Origin: Acidimicrobiales bacterium
GTDB taxonomy: Bacteria; Actinomycetota; Acidimicrobiia; Acidimicrobiales; GCA-2861595
Direction: 5' to 3'
Length of the DNA stretch: 64,000 nt
Assembly (NCBI GenBank): GCA_036262515.1
Contig: DATAIT010000055.1
Location: forward strand, 1,532-65,531
Shown piece after piece: positions 1 through 10,839 of the stretch. The translations under genes and the position numbers were made by a program. The notes beneath the pieces are model-generated. The model made no database searches, was not told the origin of the DNA, and saw nothing but the letters and a program-made list of their open reading frames with translations. Numbering within the stretch: the first letter of the stretch is position 1; each line of letters opens with the position of its first letter.

Positions 1-1341
1 CGAGGCCGTGCCGATGAGGATGGGCTGGCCCTTCTCGTTGCGCTCCAGCACGTCGTCGACGACGGCGTCGAACTTGGCCTGCTCCGTCTTGTAGATGAGG
101 TCGCCCAGGTCCTTGCGCACCATGGGGCGGTGGGTCGGGATGGGAACCACCGGCAGGTCGTAGGTGTTGGCGAACTCGGAGGCCTCGGTCTCCGCCGTGC
201 CGGTCATCCCCGACAGCTTCTTGTAGAGGCGGAAGTAGTTTTGGAGGGTGACCGTGGCCCAGGTGTGGTTCTCCTCCTTGATCTTCACCCGCTCCTTGGC
301 CTCGACGGCCTGGTGCAGGCCGTCGGACCACCGCCGCCCCTCGAGGATGCGCCCGGTGAACTCGTCGACGATGCGGACCTCGCCCTCCATGACGACGTAG
401 TCCTTGTCCCGCTTGTACAGCTCCTTGGCCTTCAGCGCGTTCTGGAGCTGGTGGACGTAGTTGACGGAGACGGCGTCGTACATGTTCTCCACGCCGAGCT
501 CGCGCTCCACCCGTTCGATGCCCGCCTCGGTGGGGACGACGGTGCGCTTGTCCTCCTCGACCTCGTAGTCGCCGTCGCGCTGCAACGACCGCACGATGCC
601 GGCGAACTGGTAGTAGAGCCGGGCCGACTCGGCCGCCGGGCCGCTGATGATGAGAGGCGTGCGGGCCTCGTCGATGAGGATGGAGTCGACCTCGTCGACG
701 ATGCCGTAGATGTGCCCGCGTTGGGCCATGGCGTCGCGTGAGCGGGCCATGTTGTCGCGCAGGTAGTCGAATCCGAACTCGGTGTTGGTGCCGTAGGTGA
801 CGTCGCAGGCGTAGGCCTGGCGCTTGAGCTCCGGATCGTCGACGCCCGACTCGACGAGGCCGACGGTGACGCCCAGGAAGTTGTGGACGCGGCCCATCCA
901 CTCGGCGTCGCGCCTGGCCAGGTACTCGTTCACGGTGATGACGTGCATGCCCCGCGACGTGAGGCCGTTGAGGTACACGGGCAGGGTCGACACGAGGGTC
1001 TTGCCCTCACCCGTCTTCATCTCGGCGATCCACCCGAAGTGCAGGGCGGCGCCACCCATGAGCTGCACGTCGAAATGGCGCTGGCCGATGACCCGCCACG
1101 CCGCCTCCCGCACGACTGCGAACGCCTCCACGAGCATGTCGTTCATGGCCTCGTCGACGGAGACGCCGTCGGCGGTGGCCTGCGACAGGCGCTCCCGGAA
1201 CTCCACCGTCTTGTGGGCCAGATCGGCGTCGGACAGCGCCTTCATCTCCGGCTCGAGGGCGCTGATCTCGGGAACGATGGCCTGCAGGGCCCGGACCTTC
1301 TTGCCCTCGCCCGCGCGCAGGATCTTGCTGAAGACGCTCAT
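1..1341 (-). CDS. secA: Preprotein translocase ATPase SecA, N-terminal ~447 aa. The gene start lies in the window; the rest runs off the left edge.
   Basis: My own translation of the minus strand from ATG (1339-1341) gives [41 protein letters not shown]... It contains the SecA Walker A '[16 protein letters not shown]' and '[20 protein letters not shown]'. It is absent from the ORF track because it is open to the window edge. Plus-strand ORFs 130-741 and 824-2164 are antisense artefacts. Confidence 0.95.
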   Translation of the reverse strand, partial: MSVFSKILRAGEGKKVRALQAIVPEISALEPEMKALSDADLAHKTVEFRERLSQATADGVSVDEAMNDMLVEAFAVVREAAWRVIGQRHFDVQLMGGAALHFGWIAEMKTGEGKTLVSTLPVYLNGLTSRGMHVITVNEYLARRDAEWMGRVHNFLGVTVGLVESGVDDPELKRQAYACDVTYGTNTEFGFDYLRDNMARSRDAMAQRGHIYGIVDEVDSILIDEARTPLIISGPAAESARLYYQFAGIVRSLQRDGDYEVEEDKRTVVPTEAGIERVERELGVENMYDAVSVNYVHQLQNALKAKELYKRDKDYVVMEGEVRIVDEFTGRILEGRRWSDGLHQAVEAKERVKIKEENHTWATVTLQNYFRLYKKLSGMTGTAETEASEFANTYDLPVVPIPTHRPMVRKDLGDLIYKTEQAKFDAVVDDVLERNEKGQPILIGTAS

Positions 1342-1402
1342 CGGTATCCCATCCTACGGGCGCTCCGGCGGAACGACCGTTGCGTCGGCCACGGGACGGC
1401 GG

Positions 1403-2095
1403 CTACGCCTCGCGGATGTCGAGCAGACGCTCCTTGACCGCGTAGATCACCGCTTCCATGCGATTGTGGAGGTGCAGCTTCTCCAGGATGTTGCGCACGT
1501 GGTTCTTCACCGTGTTCTCGGAGATGTAGAGCTCCTCGGCGATCTCCCGGTTGCTCATGCCCTTGGCCACGAGCTTGAGGACCTCGATCTCCCGGTTGGT
1601 GAGGGCGGGTGCCGGCAGCTGCTGGCGGTCCTCGGCCCGGCGGGCCAGGGCGTTGAACTCACTGAGCAGCTTCGACGCCATGGACGGGGAGATCAGGCTC
1701 TGGCCCTGCATGACGGCCCGGATGGCCTCGGCCACCTCCTCCACCGAGATCTCCTTGAGCAGGTAGCCGTTGGCGCCGGCCTTGATGGCCTCGTAGAGAT
1801 CCTCCTCCTCGTCGCTCACCGTGAGCATGAGGATCTTGGTGGACGGCAAGTCGGCGCGGATCCGGGCGGCGGCCTCGATGCCGTTCACCTTGGGCATGCG
1901 GACGTCCATGAGGACGACGTCGGGCGCCAGCTCGCGCGCCTTGTCGACGGCGTCCTCGCCGTTCTCCGCCTCGGCCACCACCTCGACGCCGTCCTCGGTG
2001 CCGAGCACGACGAACAGGCCGCGCCGGAACAGCGCCTGGTCGTCCGCGATCAGCACTCGAATGACGTCCGTGGTCACCGGCTCGTTCTCAGACAC
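1403..2095 (-). CDS. NarL/FixJ-family response regulator (receiver domain + LuxR-type HTH)
   Basis: 230-aa ORF. The receiver domain shows 'IRVLIADDQ', 'DVVLMDVRMP' and 'KILMLTVSDEE'. The C-terminal GerE/LuxR HTH is 'LTNREIEVLKLVAKGMSNREIAEELYISENTVKNHVRNILEKL'. No cognate histidine kinase is adjacent. Confidence 0.9.
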   Translation of the reverse strand: MSENEPVTTDVIRVLIADDQALFRRGLFVVLGTEDGVEVVAEAENGEDAVDKARELAPDVVLMDVRMPKVNGIEAAARIRADLPSTKILMLTVSDEEEDLYEAIKAGANGYLLKEISVEEVAEAIRAVMQGQSLISPSMASKLLSEFNALARRAEDRQQLPAPALTNREIEVLKLVAKGMSNREIAEELYISENTVKNHVRNILEKLHLHNRMEAVIYAVKERLLDIREA

Positions 2096-2147
2096 CGCTG
2101 TCGTCCTCCTCGGTGGGAGTGCTGCCCACGCCGTGCTTCATCGGCAG

Positions 2148-2708
2148 TTACGCACCGTCGATGAGCCCGATTTGACCATCCTTGCGTCGGTAGACGACGG
2201 CTGCTGCGCTGGTGTCCGCATTCGTGAAGAGGAAGAAGTCGTGGCTCAGCAGCTCCATCTGCAACGCCGCTTCCTCGGGCGTCATCGGCTTTATGGCGAA
2301 CTGCTTCGTCCTGACGATCCTGGACCGCCCCTCGTCCTCCTCGCCTTCGACTCCGACACCCCCGCGGCCGTTGAGGGAGTCTACCGATCCGTGGCGGCGC
2401 GGGTGGGTTCTTCCCGCCAGCTTCCCCTTGAGCTTCTCGATCCGGTGCTCCAGCTTGTCGACGACGCGGTCGACGGCCGCGAACGGGTCGCCTGCAGCGG
2501 CGCGGGCCCGGATCACGTGCCCGTGCCCGTGCATGGTGACCTCGCAGACCTCCTTGTCGGCGATGCGCGGGTTGCGTTCCTCCAGGAAGCGGACCTCGGC
2601 CCGGTCCATCCCGTCCAGGAAGCGCACGAGGCGCGACAGCTTGTCCTCCACCGCCCCCCGCAAGGGTTCCGACACCTCGAGATTGCGACCCTGGATCAGG
2701 ATGTCCAT
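2148..2708 (-). CDS. hpf: Ribosome hibernation promoting factor, long form
   Basis: ORF 2148-2855 trimmed to the ATG at 2706-2708 (MDILIQGRNLEVSEPLRGAVEDKLSRL...). It has an N-terminal YfiA/S30AE domain and the C-terminal dimerisation domain 'IVRTKQFAIKPMTPEEAALQMELLSHDFFLFTNADT'. Confidence 0.9.
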   Translation of the reverse strand: MDILIQGRNLEVSEPLRGAVEDKLSRLVRFLDGMDRAEVRFLEERNPRIADKEVCEVTMHGHGHVIRARAAAGDPFAAVDRVVDKLEHRIEKLKGKLAGRTHPRRHGSVDSLNGRGGVGVEGEEDEGRSRIVRTKQFAIKPMTPEEAALQMELLSHDFFLFTNADTSAAAVVYRRKDGQIGLIDGA

Positions 2709-3030
2709 GCGGTTCCTCTCGTCGTCGACGTTGCGGACGGACCGGGCCGCGTGCGGCTGACCTGGTCTTTGACCCCACACCCGCCTGCTGAGGAGCTGGC
2801 TCGCGCACCGGTGGCGGCTCGTGGCCCACACCGGCGTTGGTCGCGTGCTTCCCACCTTCTCCGGAGGGTGCCGCTCATCGGCGCTCGCCCGGGCAGGACT
2901 TACCTCTAAACCGCACCATGCTCAGCAACCAGGGGTTGCCTTACGTGGGTCGTTTCGCCTGCGGCTGGCATCGACTTGCAACCACAGACCCGCACGCGGC
3001 CCATGGAGCCAGTGTAGGCGGTCGGGTCGC

Positions 3031-3663
3031 TCACCGGCCGAGGAGGGCGTCGGGGTCGCCGGTGAAGCGGGAGCTGCGGCGGGCGGCCACGGCGGCGACG
3101 ACCCGCTTCGTGCCGGCCGACCGCAACAGCCCGGCGGCGGCGGCGAGGGTGGCACCGGTGGTGAGGACGTCGTCGACGAGGAGCACGCCGGCCGGCGGAG
3201 TCCTCGCGGGCCCCACGAGCGTGAGACGGGGACCGGCCAGGCGGGCGGCGCGCGTCGAGCCCGTCTGCGGAGGACCGGCGAGCCGCCGTACCAGCGGGCG
3301 GCACGGCAGCCCGAGTCGACGGGCGGCGGCGACGGCCAGGAGGCGGCCGTGGTCGAATCCGCGCGCCCGGCGCCGCGCCGCCGTGGTGGGCACCCAGGTG
3401 ACGACGTCGACGCCGGTCGTGCCCCGCAGCGCCACGAGGGCTGCCATCTCCGTCGCCAGCCACGGGAGGACGGAGCGTGCGTTGCGGTACTTGAGCCGGG
3501 CCACCAACTCGCGCCCCACGCCCTCGTACGCCATCACGGCGGTGCACCAGTCGAGGCCCGGCGGAGGGGGGAGGGCGGGCGCCGGGCGGACCAGGTCCCG
3601 GCAACGGGAGCACGGCGCAGGTCCGTGGGCGCCGCACGCGGGACACACCGTGGGGAGCAGCAC
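3031..3663 (-). CDS. ComF-family phosphoribosyltransferase-like protein
   Basis: This is the last ~210 aa of ORF 3031-4623, taken from the GTG at 3661-3663. It has N-terminal Cys pairs (CPACG...CSRC) and the PRPP-binding motif 'VLLVDDVLTTGATL'. secA-hpf-comF synteny is common in Actinomycetota. The start codon is uncertain. Confidence 0.75.
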   Translation of the reverse strand: MLLPTVCPACGAHGPAPCSRCRDLVRPAPALPPPPGLDWCTAVMAYEGVGRELVARLKYRNARSVLPWLATEMAALVALRGTTGVDVVTWVPTTAARRRARGFDHGRLLAVAAARRLGLPCRPLVRRLAGPPQTGSTRAARLAGPRLTLVGPARTPPAGVLLVDDVLTTGATLAAAAGLLRSAGTKRVVAAVAARRSSRFTGDPDALLGR

Positions 3664-3750
3664 GCTCCAAGGGTGGCGGGCGGGTGTGACATTTCCCGGG
3701 ACGTCAGCCGCCGACTGTCGGAAGAAGCACCCCGGCGACGGAGCCTGTCG

Positions 3751-3785
3751 CCCGCCGCACCCGGAAATTGCCTCGGGGACGGCGC
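3751..3785. repeat. Copy A of a ~35-bp direct repeat in the comF/yczE-like divergent intergenic region
   Basis: cccgccgcacccggaaattgcctcggggacggcgc. It matches copy B (3962-3995) apart from a few substitutions and one indel, and contains an AT-rich core GGAAATTGC that is unusual for this GC content. Confidence 0.8.
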
Positions 3786-3961
3786 CCCGGTGGCCGGCGC
3801 CGGAGTGGCCCGGTTGCTCCCACCCTGAGATGGCGCTGGCCCCGGGCGGCCCGGCTGCTCGCGCGCCCAGGGAGTTGCGCCGGCGCCGGGGGCAGCCCGG
3901 CGGCCGGCCGCGCCCGAGGCGGCGCTGTTGCCCGCGCCGGGGCGGCGCGGTTGTGTGTTGA

Positions 3962-3995
3962 CCCGTCCGCCCCCGGAAATTGCGTCGGGGACGGC
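3962..3995. repeat. Copy B of the ~35-bp direct repeat
   Basis: cccgtccgcccccggaaattgcgtcggggacggcg, about 211 bp downstream of copy A and about 27 bp upstream of the ATG at 4022. Confidence 0.8.
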
Positions 3996-4021
3996 GACGG
4001 CCGCCGCTACCGTCGATCCCC

Positions 4022-4639
4022 ATGCTGACGCTGCCGCCGCGGGCCGACCTGGGGCGGCGGCTGATCCAGCTGCTGCCAGGCCTGGGCTCGTGCGGGGTCG
4101 GGCTGGCGCTGATGGTGCTGGCCGACCTCGGGTTGGGCCCGTGGGAGGCGTTCCACCAGGGCCTGTCAGGGCGGATCGGAGTTCCCATCGGCACGACCGG
4201 GATCCTCGTCGGCTTCGCCGTGCTCATCGGCTGGGTGCCGCTCCGCCAACGGCCGGGGCTCGGCACCTTGTGCAACGTCGTCCTCATCGGCCTGGTGATC
4301 GACGCCGTGCTGGCGGTGGCGCCGCAGCCGGCCAACCTCGTCGCCCGGTCGGCGTGCCTGGGCGCCGGGATCGTGCTGGTGGGCCTGGGCTCCGGCCTGT
4401 ACATCGGCGCCGGGCTCGGACCGGGCCCGCGCGACGGCCTGATGACCGGGATGGCCGCCCGGGGCCACTCGCTGCGGTTCGTTCGCACGCTGATCGAGCT
4501 GTCCGCATTGGCCGCCGGCTGGGCGCTGGGCGGCTCGGTCGGCGTGGGCACCCTGGCCTTCGCCCTGTGCATCGGTCCCCTGGTGCAGGCCTTCCTCGGC
4601 CGCCTCACCCTCCCGGTCCTCACCGCCCCCGCCGAGTAG
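4022..4639 (+). CDS. YczE/YitT-like polytopic membrane protein
   Basis: ORF 3980-4639 trimmed to the ATG at 4022 (MLTLPPRADLGRRLIQLL...). It has about five hydrophobic segments and the 'GLGPWEAFHQGLSGRIGVPIGTTGILVG' motif typical of the YczE family. Confidence 0.55.
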   Translation: MLTLPPRADLGRRLIQLLPGLGSCGVGLALMVLADLGLGPWEAFHQGLSGRIGVPIGTTGILVGFAVLIGWVPLRQRPGLGTLCNVVLIGLVIDAVLAVAPQPANLVARSACLGAGIVLVGLGSGLYIGAGLGPGPRDGLMTGMAARGHSLRFVRTLIELSALAAGWALGGSVGVGTLAFALCIGPLVQAFLGRLTLPVLTAPAE

Positions 4640-4641
4640 GA

Positions 4642-4702
4642 GCCGCCCTTTCTTTTCCCGATTCACGACCTCAGGTGTCGTGAATACGGAAAAGAAGGCG
4701 GC
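4642..4702. terminator. Long imperfect stem-loop between convergent genes (possible bidirectional terminator)
   Basis: Left arm gccgccctttcttttcccgattcacgac, loop ctcaggt, right arm gtcgtgaatacggaaaagaaggcggc. The core 9 bp (attcacgac/gtcgtgaat) pair perfectly and the T/A runs sit inside the stem. It starts 3 nt after the TAG at 4637-4639. Confidence 0.5.
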
Positions 4703-4705
4703 GGC

Positions 4706-4857
4706 GGGCGGCTGCGCGGCGGGCCGGGCGAGGCGCAGGGTGCGGCTCAGGGGCGGGCGAGGCGGCGGAGGACGGCGGGCCGGCTCGGGGGCGGGCGAGG
4801 CGGCGGAGGGCGGCGGGCCGGCTCAGGGACGGGCGGCGGCGAGGGCGGCGGCGAGGG
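4706..4857. repeat. ~38-bp GC-rich tandem repeat (about 3.5 copies) spanning the mtnA stop codon
   Basis: Units at 4744-4781 (ggctcaggggcgggcgaggcggcggaggacggcgggcc) and 4782-4819 (ggctcgggggcgggcgaggcggcggagggcggcgggcc), with a third starting at 4820 (ggctcagggacgggcggcggcgagggcgg...) and a degenerate copy upstream. The third unit carries the real mtnA stop (tca at 4823-4825). Confidence 0.8.
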
Positions 4858-5836
4858 CGGCGGGGTAGGGCGGCGTCAGCACCCCCTCCTCGGTGACGAT
4901 CGCCGTGACCAGGTCGGCGGGCGTGACGTCGAAGGCGAGGTTCTCGGCCTCGACGCCGGCGGGGGTGACCCGGGCGCCGGCGACCTCGGAGACCTCGTCG
5001 CCGGAGCGGCGCTCGATCGGGATGTCTGCACCGGTGGGACAACGCAGGTCGATCGTGGAGGTGGGCGCGGCCACGTAGAACGGGACACCGTTGTGGTGGG
5101 CCAGCACGGCCAGCGGGTAGGTGCCCACCTTGTTGGCCACGTCGCCGTTGGCGGCCACCCGGTCGGCGCCGACGACGACGCAGTCGACCGCTCCCTCGGC
5201 CAGCAGCGAGCCGGCCCGCACGTCGGGGATCACCGTGACCGGGATCCCGAGGCGGTCGAGCTCCCACGCCGTGAGGCGGGCCCCCTGGAGCAGCGGGCGC
5301 GTCTCGTCCACCCACACGTGGGCGGCGCCGGCCGAGCGCACCACCCCCAGCGCAGTGCCGTACCCGGCACACGCGAGGGCGCCGGCATTGCAGTGGGTGA
5401 GGACCCGGGCGCCCGGCGGCAGCAGGTCGGCTCCGTGGTCGCCGAGACGACGGTTCCTGGCCACGTCCTCGGCTGCGATGGCGACGCCCTCGGCCACCGG
5501 GTCGGCCGCGCCCCGGGCCCGGGACACGCCCCACGCCAGGTTCACGGCGGTGGGTCGGGTGGCCATCAGCCGGGCCGCGGCATCGTCGAGGTCCTCCCCA
5601 GTGACGGCGGCCAGCGCCACACCCATGGCGCCCGCCACGCCCAGGGCCGGCGCGCCGCGAACGGCCAGGGTGCGGATCGCCTCGCACAGGTCCTCGACGG
5701 TGCGGGCGTCGAGGAACACCAGCCGGCCCGGGAGCATCCGCTGGTCGATCATGCGCACCACCCCGTCCACCCAGGCGATGGTGGGAGGGATCGGGTCGTC
5801 AGCCACGGGCGAGGGCGGCGCAGGTCGCCCGCACAC
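4823..5836 (-). CDS. mtnA: S-methyl-5-thioribose-1-phosphate isomerase (eIF-2B alpha/beta/delta-like family)
   Basis: 337-aa ORF: '...PTIAWVDGVVRMIDQRMLPGRLVFLDARTVEDLCEAIRTLAVRGAPALGVAGAMG', 'THCNAGALA', 'VWVDETRPLLQGARLTAWEL', 'VVVGADRVAANGDVANKVGTY'. An alternative GTG start at 5806 (VADDPIPPTIAW...) would reduce the overlap with the upstream gene to 8 nt. Confidence 0.9.
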   Translation of the reverse strand: MCGRPAPPSPVADDPIPPTIAWVDGVVRMIDQRMLPGRLVFLDARTVEDLCEAIRTLAVRGAPALGVAGAMGVALAAVTGEDLDDAAARLMATRPTAVNLAWGVSRARGAADPVAEGVAIAAEDVARNRRLGDHGADLLPPGARVLTHCNAGALACAGYGTALGVVRSAGAAHVWVDETRPLLQGARLTAWELDRLGIPVTVIPDVRAGSLLAEGAVDCVVVGADRVAANGDVANKVGTYPLAVLAHHNGVPFYVAAPTSTIDLRCPTGADIPIERRSGDEVSEVAGARVTPAGVEAENLAFDVTPADLVTAIVTEEGVLTPPYPAALAAALAAARP

Positions 5837-6809
5837 CGGCCTCGACGCCGCCGGGACGGCGGTAGGCGGCGGACCCCAGCAGCATGAGCAGGCCCGAACC
5901 GCCCGCCCGCTCGGCCTGGGCCCGGGCGTTGTCGGGTCCGATCCCGCCGCCGAGGACGGCCACGGGGACCGCAGCGCCGTCCACCGGGCGTCGCACGGCG
6001 TCGATCTGGGCCCGCACGTCGTCGTTGGTGTCGAAGAGCTTCCCGTCGAACGCGCCGACCTGCACGTAGTCGGCGCCCGCCAGCCGGGTCAGCAGGGCCA
6101 GCACGTGCCCGGCCACGCCGAAGCGGTCGTTGCGGACCCACGGTCCCGACCCGACCCGGTGGGCGAAGATCGGCACACCGAGGTCGGCGTCGCGCAGGGC
6201 ACGCACGGCGTCGAGCCCGGCGGTGAAGGCGTTCACCATGACGCCGGTGGCGCCCAGCTCCACGACCCGCCGCCCCCGTGTCACCAGTCCCTCGACCGGT
6301 CCGGTGACGTTGGCGCAGTACACGACGGACGGGTGCAGCATGGAGGCCACCGCCTCGACCCGCCGCTCCAGGGGACACCACGCCGGATCGCCCATCAGTT
6401 CATCGTCCTTCACCAGGCGGGCACCACCGGCGGCCAGCGCCGCCGCCACCGACGCCACCTCCGCCGGCCCCAGGCCCAGCGACGGCTTCACGATGGCGCC
6501 CACGCCGACGTCGGCGGGCGCCGCAAACGAAGGACCGGGCAGGAAGCCGGGAGGTAGCTCCAGGTCGACGAGGCGGCAGCGGCTGAACGTCCGGTCCTCC
6601 ACCCCCTCCCCCGCCACCAGCGACGACAGCAGCATGGGCAGGTTGCGGCCCCAGTTGCCCTCCGGGAACTCCAGCACGGCCCGCCCATCCGCCTCGGACA
6701 CGACCCGCCCGCGCACGAAGTCGGGCCCCTCGGGCATCCCGAGCGATTCCTCGAGCGCCAGCGCCTCGGCCGAGCCGTGCGGCTCCAACTCGAACGTCGC
6801 CCGGATCAT
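5799..6809 (-). CDS. RuBisCO-like protein (form IV large-subunit homologue), unusually short at 336 aa
   Basis: It carries 'IVKPSLGLGP' (equivalent to the KPKLGL motif) and, 26 residues later, 'RLVKDDELM' (the K-D-E metal/carbamate triad with the same spacing as K175/K201 in form I). It also has 'FAHRVGSG' and 'VLGGGIG'. Only ~107 aa precede the KPSLGL lysine. Confidence 0.8.
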   Translation of the reverse strand: MIRATFELEPHGSAEALALEESLGMPEGPDFVRGRVVSEADGRAVLEFPEGNWGRNLPMLLSSLVAGEGVEDRTFSRCRLVDLELPPGFLPGPSFAAPADVGVGAIVKPSLGLGPAEVASVAAALAAGGARLVKDDELMGDPAWCPLERRVEAVASMLHPSVVYCANVTGPVEGLVTRGRRVVELGATGVMVNAFTAGLDAVRALRDADLGVPIFAHRVGSGPWVRNDRFGVAGHVLALLTRLAGADYVQVGAFDGKLFDTNDDVRAQIDAVRRPVDGAAVPVAVLGGGIGPDNARAQAERAGGSGLLMLLGSAAYRRPGGVEAGVRATCAALARG

Positions 6810-6826
6810 GCGGTTTCCCTCGCTCC

Positions 6827-6865
6827 CGAGGAAATAGCTCGCCAGAATGGCGAGCTATTTCCTCG
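6827..6865 (-). terminator. Perfect 17-bp stem / 5-nt loop hairpin between ahcY and the RLP gene
   Basis: cgaggaaatagctcgcc-agaat-ggcgagctatttcctcg. It lies 6 nt after the ahcY stop (6872-6874) and 17 nt before the RLP ATG (6807-6809). There is no U-tract, so it could be an attenuator, a processing site or a stability element. Confidence 0.55.
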
Positions 6866-6871
6866 AAGTGG

Positions 6872-9178
<2,307 letters not shown>

Positions 9179-9182
<4 letters not shown>

Positions 9183-9427
9183 GGCGCTGTGTTGGGATCG
9201 AAGGTGGGGGTGATGCCGTCCGCCTCGGCCTTGGCGATGAGGCGGTCGTGCTCGGCGTCGTCGACGGTCTCGGCCTCGTCGATGAGCATCACCGGGATGT
9301 CGTCGCGGATGGCGTAGCGCCGCCGGAGCCGAGCGTTGTAGAGGGACTGCTCGTCCTCGAAGTAGAGCAGCGGCCCCTTGTCCTCGGGGCAGGCCAGGAT
9401 CTCGAGCAGCTGGGGGTCGAGGGCCAT
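9179..9427 (-). CDS. Trm112-family small protein
   Basis: ORF 9179-9565 trimmed to the ATG at 9425-9427: MALDPQLLEILACPEDKGPLLYFEDEQSLYNARLRRRYAIRDDIPVMLIDEA... This is the typical Trm112/UPF0434 signature. It overlaps the downstream gene by 4 nt. Confidence 0.8.
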
Positions 9428-9429
9428 GG

Positions 9430-10785
9430 TCAGCCCGCCTCGGCGTCGTCGCCCCGCAGGAGCGCCTGAACCTCGGCCACATGGGTATCGCAGTCGCCCC
9501 GAGTGGCCGCTTCGAGGTTGAGGCGCAGGAGCGGCTCGGTGTTCGACGCCCGGAGGTTGAACCACCAGTCGCCGTGGTCGACGGTGAGCCCGTCGGTGCG
9601 GTCGAGCTCGGCATCGGCATGGGCCTCGGCGACCCGGTCGAGCACGGCGCCGGGATCGTCGTCGACCCGCGTGTTGATCTCACCCGACATGGCGTAGCGC
9701 TCGAACGGCTTCCGCAGCGCGGACAACGGCTTGGCGGCCTTGCCCATGAGCTCGAGGATGACCACCGCCGCGATGAGCCCCGAGTCGGCCCGGTAGTTGT
9801 CCCGGAAGTAGTAGTGCCCGGAGTGCTCGCCGCCGAACACCGCGTCGGTGTCGGCCATCACCGCCTTGATGAACGAGTGTCCCACCCGCGTGCGCACCGG
9901 CGTGCCGCCGTTCTCGCGGATGACCTCCGGCACCGCCTTGGAGCAGATCAGGTTGTGGATGATGGTGGCGCCGGGGTGCTTCTCCAACATCGCCTTGGCG
10001 ACCATCGCCGTCGTCGTCGAACCGGACACCGGCTCCGCCTGCTCGTCGACGAGGAACACCCGGTCGGCGTCACCATCGAAGGCGAGCCCGACGTCGGCGC
10101 CCGCGTCGAGCACCCGGGCCTGCAGCGACTTCAGGTTCTCGGGCTGGATGGGGTCGGCAGGGTGGTTCGGGAAGTTGCCGTCGAGCTCCGGGAACAGCAC
10201 CTCGAGGTCGTACGGAATGCCCTCGAACACCCGGGGGACGACAAGGCCGCCCATGCCGTTGGCGGTGTCGGCCACGACCTTGAGGGGACGCAGTGCGCCG
10301 ACGTCGACGAAGGAGCGCACGTGGGCCGCGTAATCGCCGATGAGGTCGCGGTGGCTCGACGACCCGGTGCTGTCCGCCGCCGGCGGCGGATCCGCGACCA
10401 TGGCCTTGATCTCGGCCAGCCCGGTGTCGAGGCCCACCGGCCGTGCCCCGGACAGGCACAGCTTCACGCCGTTGTACTTGGCGGGGTTGTGCGACGCCGT
10501 GAACATCGCTCCCGGCGCGTCGAGCCGGCCGGCCGCGTAATACAACAGATCGGTGGAGGCGAGGTCCAGGAAGACGACGTCGACCCCCTGGCCCATCACC
10601 CCTTCGGCGAACGCAGCCGAGAGCTCCTCACCCGACGGACGCATGTCGCGCGCCACCAGGATCGTGGGTGCGCCGGCGAAGGATGCGAACGCCGCACCGA
10701 TGCGCCGGCACACGCCGGCATCGAGCTCGTCGGGGACGACGCCGCGGATGTCGTAGGCCTTGAAGATGGTGTCGAGGGTGCCCAT
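9430..10785 (-). CDS. manB: Phosphomannomutase/phosphoglucomutase
   Basis: ORF trimmed to MGTLDTIFKAYDIRGVVPDEL... The active-site loop is 'FTASHNPAKYNGVKL', the Mg site is 'GLAFDGDADR', and 'GGEHSGHYYF' is present. Confidence 0.92.
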   Translation of the reverse strand: MGTLDTIFKAYDIRGVVPDELDAGVCRRIGAAFASFAGAPTILVARDMRPSGEELSAAFAEGVMGQGVDVVFLDLASTDLLYYAAGRLDAPGAMFTASHNPAKYNGVKLCLSGARPVGLDTGLAEIKAMVADPPPAADSTGSSSHRDLIGDYAAHVRSFVDVGALRPLKVVADTANGMGGLVVPRVFEGIPYDLEVLFPELDGNFPNHPADPIQPENLKSLQARVLDAGADVGLAFDGDADRVFLVDEQAEPVSGSTTTAMVAKAMLEKHPGATIIHNLICSKAVPEVIRENGGTPVRTRVGHSFIKAVMADTDAVFGGEHSGHYYFRDNYRADSGLIAAVVILELMGKAAKPLSALRKPFERYAMSGEINTRVDDDPGAVLDRVAEAHADAELDRTDGLTVDHGDWWFNLRASNTEPLLRLNLEAATRGDCDTHVAEVQALLRGDDAEAG

Positions 10786-10839
10786 GCGGGGGCGCAGCCT
10801 AGCGGCTCGCGCTCCGGCGCCGCCCTGCGTCGGCAATAG

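Noticed and set aside
130-2164. Plus-strand ORFs 130-741, 824-2164 and 883-1437
   Set aside because: They are antisense to secA and to the response-regulator gene, both of which have complete signature motifs on the minus strand.
4706-4857. CRISPR array
   Set aside because: The 38-bp units are directly adjacent with no spacers, they overlap a coding 3' end, and no cas genes are present. This is a simple tandem repeat.
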